From contig NC_068998.1 of assembly GCF_001194135.2 (NCBI RefSeq), positions 36,354,814-36,398,411 on the forward strand: a DNA stretch of 43,598 nt, in the 5' to 3' direction. Below the pieces are notes generated by a model. It had not been told where the DNA came from. It ran no database searches and saw only the letters and a program-made list of their open reading frames with translations. A program made the position numbers and the translations under genes. This DNA comes from Octopus bimaculoides (taxonomy: Eukaryota). This document shows, one piece after another, positions 37,200-43,598 of this stretch. The stretch's first letter is position 1; the number at the start of each line of letters is the position of its first letter.

Positions 37200-37473
37200 G
37201 TTAAGTTACGAGAACGTAAACAAACTAACACCACTTGTTAAACGGTGGAAGAGCAAATACAAGTACAAACACACACTCACAAACACACACACTTGTATAT
37301 GTAAATACAACGGGATTCTATACAGTTTCTATCTACCCAATTCCCTCATAAGGCATTGGTCGACCTGGAGCCATAGTAGAAATCACTTGTCTAAGGTGCC
37401 ACAAAGTAGGACTGAACCCGACACCACGTAGCTGCAAAGTGAGCCTCTTAAATTCACAGCTAGTCATGCACCT
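37200..37473 (-). mobile_element. Diverged SINE family A, inverted relative to the neighbouring copy
   Basis: cacttgtctaaggtgccacaaagtaggactgaacccg; central (CA)n. Confidence 0.7.
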
Positions 37474-38102
37474 ATAATCTATATCTAAATATTGATTCTC
37501 TCATTATTACTTTACCAAATAGAGTGGAAAGTAAATTTTGCCAGCGGGGTCAGATAAACCCAAAATATATCCTCAGTTTGTCCCATTTTACTTGCTGAAA
37601 GAATCAAAGTCTTAATTAGTTTGTGAACAGGTATTTATTTCCAGTTAGGTTGTTTTTTTTTTGTTTTTTTTTTTGCTTCTTCATTTCATATGATATGATA
37701 AAACCAACTTACGTTTAGATTTATAATTACTAGAGCATTATAATAGCGTCGGTTATAAATAAATACATAAATAAAAAGAATCATATGTATTTAATCACGC
37801 TCTGAAATTAGACATGCACATTTTTTTTCTTCGAGCTGTTTACCATTATGCAAATAAATTGTGCCTGACACAATTTTGTTAATATTTTAAGAAATAACAT
37901 TCTGTTACTTTATCTCGGAATCGTTGAAGAAATCAGCAAATAAACAGTAATGAGCTTGAAAAGCAATGAATCCGGTCAGTTTCATCTTTATCTTAAGTAG
38001 CAGAAAATACTCTCATGGGGCTAATTTTACAGCGTAACTGTATACAAATGAATATAACTTCATACATATATTTATAGATTTTTGGGCTGGAAAAATGAAA
38101 AT

Positions 38103-38478
38103 GAATGCGTGACTGTGTGGTAAGAAGTTCTCTTCCTCAACAACATGTTTCCGTACCACGGTGTAGCACCTTAGACAAATCTCATCTTTAGCCTGGAGCA
38201 CACCAAAGCCGTGTGTGCGTGTGTGTGTTTGCACCGTGACCGAGCCGTTCAGCAAAAGATAGATGATGGAATAAGTACCAGGATTAAGGTAAAAATAGGT
38301 GGTGGGGTCGATTTGTCCAACAAAACCTTTTAGGGCAATGCTCGAGGATGGCCACAGTCCAGTGACCGAAGGATAAAATACATAGACACAAGCATAGCTG
38401 TGTGGTGAAGAAGTCAGCTTCGGAACCACTAGATCTCAGATTCATTCCCGCAAAGTAACATCTTGGGCAAGTATGTCT
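38103..38478 (+). mobile_element. Diverged SINE family A (38103-38378) followed by a second head (38385-38478)
   Basis: gactgtgtggtaagaag...ggggtcgatttgtccaac...atggccacagtcc; then gctgtgtggtgaagaag...cttgggcaagtatgtctt. Confidence 0.7.
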
Positions 38479-38510
38479 TATAGAAATCCGCAGAAAGCGG
38501 CGGGAGACCT

Positions 38511-39141
38511 ATTCTCTGGTATACACCTCCGTTCGCTTTAAACGTTAAGGGCCTTGCTAAAGCATTCTTTAAAATAGTAGACTTTAATTTCCCACGTAAC
38601 CACAAGTATAATTCTATCTTTAACAGATCCACTTTGAGATTATCCTATTCCTCTGCATCAAATATATAGAATTTATTATCACCTCATCTAACAAACGTAA
38701 ACTTAGCTCTTATTATCTAAATGCATACAACCCTATCCTAGACCTACACAACGAAAACACTAACACAACTCGCAAATAACATATGCAATACCTCTGGCCC
38801 TACTACTTTAAATAACTCGGAGGGTAATGGATGCACAGTTGAAACCTGCGCATGCACTAATAGGCATATTGATACTAATAGTACTAGCTACATTACAACC
38901 ACTTTAACTAATAATCCCTTTGCTACAGATACTAATAGGGCTAGCGATAATATTAATACTAGCACCAACGGCAATATCACTCTTACTGAAAATACTACTA
39001 CTACTAACACTCCTACCACAAACGCTTCTACTAATAGTTGCAGTAATAACAGCACTAACACCACCTCCACTACCACTGCTAATATTAACACTACTACTAA
39101 CGCTATTATTAATGCTGCTGCTACTACTACTGCTGCTTCTG

Positions 39142-39197
<56 letters not shown>

Positions 39198-39216
39198 GTT
39201 GCTGTTGCTGCTGCTG

Positions 39217-39252
<36 letters not shown>

Positions 39253-39941
39253 GTAATAGTAGTAATAGAAGTAGTAGTAGTAATAATCATAATAGCGATG
39301 CCGATAACGATAATGAGGAGAATAATAATAATAATAATGGTAATGGTGGCGTTGATATTGATAGTAGAAATGACGGCAATAATAACAGCAATATCACAGC
39401 CGATTCAGCTAATACTACCCTAGCCACTACCAGCACTACCTCATCTCTCTCTCTCTCTCCAGTTAACCATCGTAGGACTGATAGCTGCAACTGCAGATCT
39501 GGGACAGACTGCCCGCTGCAAGCCCATTGCAGAAGATTCAACGTCGTATACCAATGCACCGCTCACAACATAGGAGATAACTCCAATAGTTACTACATTG
39601 GATCTATTACAAATTTTAAGCAAAGATACTATTCACATTTAAACTCGTTTAAATATAAAGAGAATAGCAATTTCACACCACTAGCCAGCCACGTACACAT
39701 CTAATTAATAGAAAAAATACAATATAGACTTTCCTGGACTATAATAGATTCTGGTATCCCATATCAGGGCCAGCACTCCGCTTGTGGACTCTGCTTAAAA
39801 GAAGCCTTCAAAATTTTAACTCATAACTCAACACAATTGCTTAACGAACACAATGAAACCTTCACAACGTGTAAACACAAATTCTTCCGCACTTTGAAAT
39901 TCTTCCATAAATCCAAATGTAAATTCACCCCCAAAGAATAA
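38511..39941 (+). pseudogene. Disrupted PLE ORF (RT thumb, linker, GIY-YIG)
   Basis: Frame +3, with a 2-nt insertion near 38664, a second shift near 38760 and an in-frame TAA at 39702-39704. Confidence 0.8.
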
Positions 39942-40736
39942 CACTCACTTACAAATCTCCATGATCGTTAACACTGTATCGGTGTATCTGTTTTATCAAC
40001 CTTACCGCATCACTTTATAAGATAAATGTTAATTCTTTAATCTAATTTTAAACCTTAACTTAATAAATTCCCTAATATTTAATTCCAACTCTTATTCCTA
40101 AATGATTAAACATTCAGCTGGTTTCTCTATTCTCGACCACCTACACACCTATATCTCCATTGCTAAAAATATTTCTACAGCCACTGACCTTAGTCACAAG
40201 CACTTACTACTAGATTTCTTCCTCAACCCCTACAGACTAGAAGGATACCTCTAGCACCTACTATTCTTTTTAAATTCCTCTCAATTAACTTTATTTGTTT
40301 TTTTTACGTTATCTTCCTTTATCTCCTCCTCCCCTCTCCTTATTTACCCTTATATATTTATTTATTTATCTTCTTGGTTATTTTTATACACTATATTCTT
40401 AAACACTATATCCTTATATACCTTATTTTATCCTTAATGTTTTCTATATATTTGACTTCCTTTCTTTTTGCCATTTAATAACCATCTCCGCTACCATTCT
40501 GTTATTGAACGCTGATACGTTCGCGTCTATTTCTGGATATTTACCCTACTAGAACTTTAACCTACATGGATTTACACAGGATTGCACCTAAGGACTGACG
40601 GGCTTACTTCTACATGATAGGAATCTTGAACAAACTTTTATGCTTCTTTTTTCTTCCATTTCATCTTCTTATTCCTTTTCTCCTATCCTCTGTGTCGTCA
40701 TTTCATTAATCTATACCCTTCTCATTTTCCCTATTT

Positions 40737-40793
40737 GTTTCCGATGATGGAATATCCTATAACTCTGAGATATCCCAGAAACAGCTGTAAGAT
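40737..40793 (+). ncRNA. Minimal type I hammerhead ribozyme motif (degenerate) in the PLE 3' region
   Basis: C(C)GAUGA core 40741-40747; stem II tggaatatc/gatatccca (8 of 9 pairs); GAAA 40778-40781; palindromic stem III ACAGCUGU; GUA cleavage triplet 40787-40789; weak stem I gttt/agat. Confidence 0.65.
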
Positions 40794-41034
40794 TTTGAAT
40801 TTTTCCAATGATAATAACGTATACGACTTGAGATGTTTGTCTTGCCTTAACGTTTGTTGGCCTCTTTAACAATTATATATCCGCTATATCAGAAATCTAC
40901 AATGGCTCCATGACTACCGTCTCGGTTAGAAACCTTGGAACCCTGGTGATCCGTTACAGCACTTACCTGGCGCACCTAGTCGTTTAGATCACCTATGAAC
41001 TAAACCCCCATACTTTGTATGTGTATATACATAT

Positions 41035-41202
41035 ACAACGAGCTTCCATACAGTTTCCGTCTACCAAATTCATTCACAAAGCATTAGTCGGTCCGCGGCT
41101 ATAGTAGAAAACACTTGCCCAAGATGCCGTGCAGTGGGAACGAACCCGAAAGCATATGGCTGCGAAGCGGGCTTCTTTGCCACACAGCCATGCTTGTGCC
41201 TG
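41035..41202 (-). mobile_element. SINE family A 5' half
   Basis: cagtttccgtctaccaaatt...cacttgcccaagatgcc...gccacacagcc. Confidence 0.85.
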
Positions 41203-41299
41203 CGCTTAGAATATTGACAGAAATTATTCTTCCATTTTTCACATTCCTCCCTCATCACTTTCTCTATCCCGCTCTCTCTTTTTCCTTCTATATATCCAG

Positions 41300-41539
41300 T
41301 CCTCCTCCTCCTCCTCCTCCTCCNNNNNNNNNNNNNNNNNNNNNNNNNNNNNNNNNNNNNNNNNNNNNNNNNNNNNNNNNNNNNNNNNNNNNNNNNNNNN
41401 NNNNNNNNNNNNNNNNNNNNNNNNNNNNNNNNNNNNNNNNNNNNNNNNNNNNNNNNNNNNNNNNNNNNNNNNNNNNNNNNNNNNNNNNNNNNNNNNNNNN
41501 NNNNNNNNNNCCTCCTCCTCCTCCTCCTCCTCCTCCTCC
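41300..41539. repeat. (CCT)n microsatellite spanning an N-gap
   Basis: Direct reading. Confidence 0.9.
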
Positions 41540-42118
41540 CTATACTCCACTTCTCTCCATTATTCCTTATTTCGATTTTTTCCTGTTAGTCGCTTATTTC
41601 TTTTCCTTTCACCGCAAAGATATTACATAATGCGAAGGACATTCACCAATTGGTAGATAACTTGTATTCGATTGGATAGTTTCTCGCATTCCATGTGTCA
41701 TGGCACGCGTGTGTATGTGTGTACGTGCGTGTGTGTGTGTGTGTGCGTACGTATGTGCGTGTGTAAGAGAGAGGGGGTAAGAGAGATAGAGAAAGAAAAA
41801 GAAAGAAGTGAGAGAAAAAGGGAAAGGGGAAGAGAAAGACAGAGAAGTGTAATCGTCAAGTTGTCGATTGTCGACATGATACACTAAGGTTGATGGTTCG
41901 TATCTCATTCTTGGTACTTTGGTATAATTACAACAGTGTTATAGCTCTCACTCGCTTCACTCATTGAGCTTGAATACATAGAATAATTAATGAGTTCAAT
42001 CCCGCTATAAGTATAGTCTGTCCCTGTTAGTTTAATTTTGTATGTCTTGTCTTCGATATACCGCATGAAAAAAAATCCAAATCCAGTAATCTCTCTCTCT
42101 CTCTCTCTCACTCTCCCC

Positions 42119-42173
<55 letters not shown>

Positions 42174-43011
42174 CCTCTCCCTCTCTCTCCCTCTCACTCA
42201 CACACACATATGCAAATCGATTTTGGAATTTTGACAAAATCGCGCCCATGTTTCTGAGATGGTACTGTCTACAAAAGAGATGTTGTACAAAGAAGAAATG
42301 AAATAAAGAATTTGTACGTTTCAAAGCAAAAGAATATTCGGTCTATTACAAATATATTATTAGACAGGAAGCAATACTAAATTATAGGGACACTTGCCAG
42401 AGTTATTCTAAACATCCAACAGACTGTATGAATACAGAATAGCATAAGTTACTTATTGATTTGAAAAAGAAAATGAAATTTTCATTTGGCAGAGTTATGT
42501 TGGTGATAAGAGACAGAACAGAGACAAGCAGACGACAGAAAAACGTTGCACAGCGAAACTAATAAGATTTACTATATCAGGTGATGCGGAGTTAGTAAAT
42601 TTATTTAATAGATAATGCGAAATATGTTCTACTCTTATTCTAATTTTGCTTTACCTATTTACCTTTTCCAATGTCTGTTTTAACTGTTCTAACGCCATAT
42701 GAAGTGAAGTTACTCGAGAAAGAAAAACAGAGTAAGAAAAGAGAAATGATAAGAACATGTTACAATTAATTGCTTTTCTTTCAAGAATGTTTGAGGAAAT
42801 AAAGTTCGGATTTCTTCGTTAGAATAACTTCTATTTTGAAACTATTTGCTTAGTGATTTATTTTTGTTAAAGGTGCTGAATGTCTCTGGCAGGAAACAAT
42901 GGCAATGTTCTAGCAGCAATATTTAACGAATCCAATAGATATTGATTAGTTGTAACATAAAATTGAATATTACTAGAGTTCAAGCGGTCGTCTGTGTCTG
43001 GTTTCTTTTAG

Positions 43012-43136
43012 CAAAAGAACAGAATATTCTACTAGTCATCATATCATTACTAACCGGCGTAGGCCTTGTTCTGATGTGGCGTATTCATAGACACAATAAC
43101 ATTTCTGACAGCAGAAAATCTGTGTCTAACATCTGA
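43012..43136 (+). CDS. Candidate terminal exon encoding one transmembrane helix and a short basic tail
   Basis: Pyrimidine tract tctggtttctttt ag| (AG at 43010-43011). Phase 1 reads xKEQNILLVIISLLTGVGLVLMWRIHRHNNISDSRKSVSNI*. No upstream partner exon was identified. Confidence 0.3.
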
Positions 43137-43327
43137 GTGTGATTAGTGAAGCAGTATAGATTATTTTTTCAAAGTGTCCAGGCCTACTACATTTACAATT
43201 AAGAAACCATTCTATTTCTAATATGGCGTGCATAATCAGATAGAGAGGTATGTGCATATAACAGGATTTGTAGAAGACAAAGAGAGACAGCGGCAGCTCT
43301 GGTCTAATACCATGTACAGAGAGTATA

Positions 43328-43364
43328 ATACATACATACATACATACATACATACATACATACA

Positions 43365-43397
<33 letters not shown>

Positions 43398-43400
43398 GCC
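43328..43400. repeat. (ACAT)n microsatellite
   Basis: Direct reading. Confidence 0.97.
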
Positions 43401-43410
43401 TGTATATACA

Positions 43411-43566
43411 TACAGTTTCCGAGTTTCCGTCTACCAAATCCACTCACAAGGCTTTGTTCGGCCCGAGGCTATTGCAGAAGATACTTGCCCAAGGTGCCAC
43501 GCAGTGAGACTGAACCCGGAACCATGTGGTACGCAAGCTACTTACAACACAGCCACTCTTGTGCCT
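43411..43566 (-). mobile_element. SINE family A 5' half
   Basis: gtttccgtctaccaaatccactcacaaggctttg...cttgcccaaggtgccacgcagtgagactgaacccggaaccatgtgg. Confidence 0.9.
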
Positions 43567-43598
43567 ATATGTATGTATATATATATATATATATATAT

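Larger units (their letters stand above)
38480..41010 (+). mobile_element. 5'-truncated Penelope-like retroelement with C-terminal GIY-YIG endonuclease
   Basis: RT thumb ILWYTPPFALNVKGLAKAFFKIVDFNFPRNHKYNSIFNRSTLRLSYS (38511-38660), low-complexity linker, CNCRSGTDCPLQAHC, GIY-YIG VVYQ...YYIGS...FKQRYYSH, CGLC...CKH, stop at 39941, pyrimidine-rich 3' UTR and hammerhead motif. Confidence 0.88.

Noticed and set aside
39702-39704. In-frame stop in the PLE endonuclease as possible selenocysteine recoding (as in Naiad PLEs)
   Set aside because: The codon is TAA, not TGA, and the domain order is C-terminal EN. It is an ordinary nonsense mutation.

Overview
This is AT-rich, repeat-dominated eukaryotic DNA from a draft assembly with six N-gaps (1701-1782, 16372-17257, 19445-20297, 21591-21823, 23946-24059, 41324-41510). 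The SINE complement resembles the octopus OK/OR-type tRNA-derived SINEs as I recall them, so Octopus is inferred but not proven. No host gene can be called confidently, and most ORFs in the track are microsatellite or gap artefacts. Two weak exon candidates are noted. The window contains decayed retroelements of several clades: a Penelope-like element (RT thumb, a long in-frame Thr/Asn/Ser microsatellite linker, a CxCx5C motif, a GIY-YIG endonuclease and a minimal hammerhead-ribozyme motif in the 3' region); five fragments of an R4/Dong-like REL-endonuclease LINE, mostly next to trinucleotide microsatellites; a second REL LINE type lying next to (TACA)n; a CRE-like fragment; an RTE 3' end; and an L1/Tx1-like insertion with ORF1 inverted against its own 3' end. 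It also contains a Tc1/mariner remnant, a TIR MITE, a 259-bp fold-back element and more than 20 SINE copies from three families. All protein and family assignments come from hand translation and recalled motifs. No database search was run.
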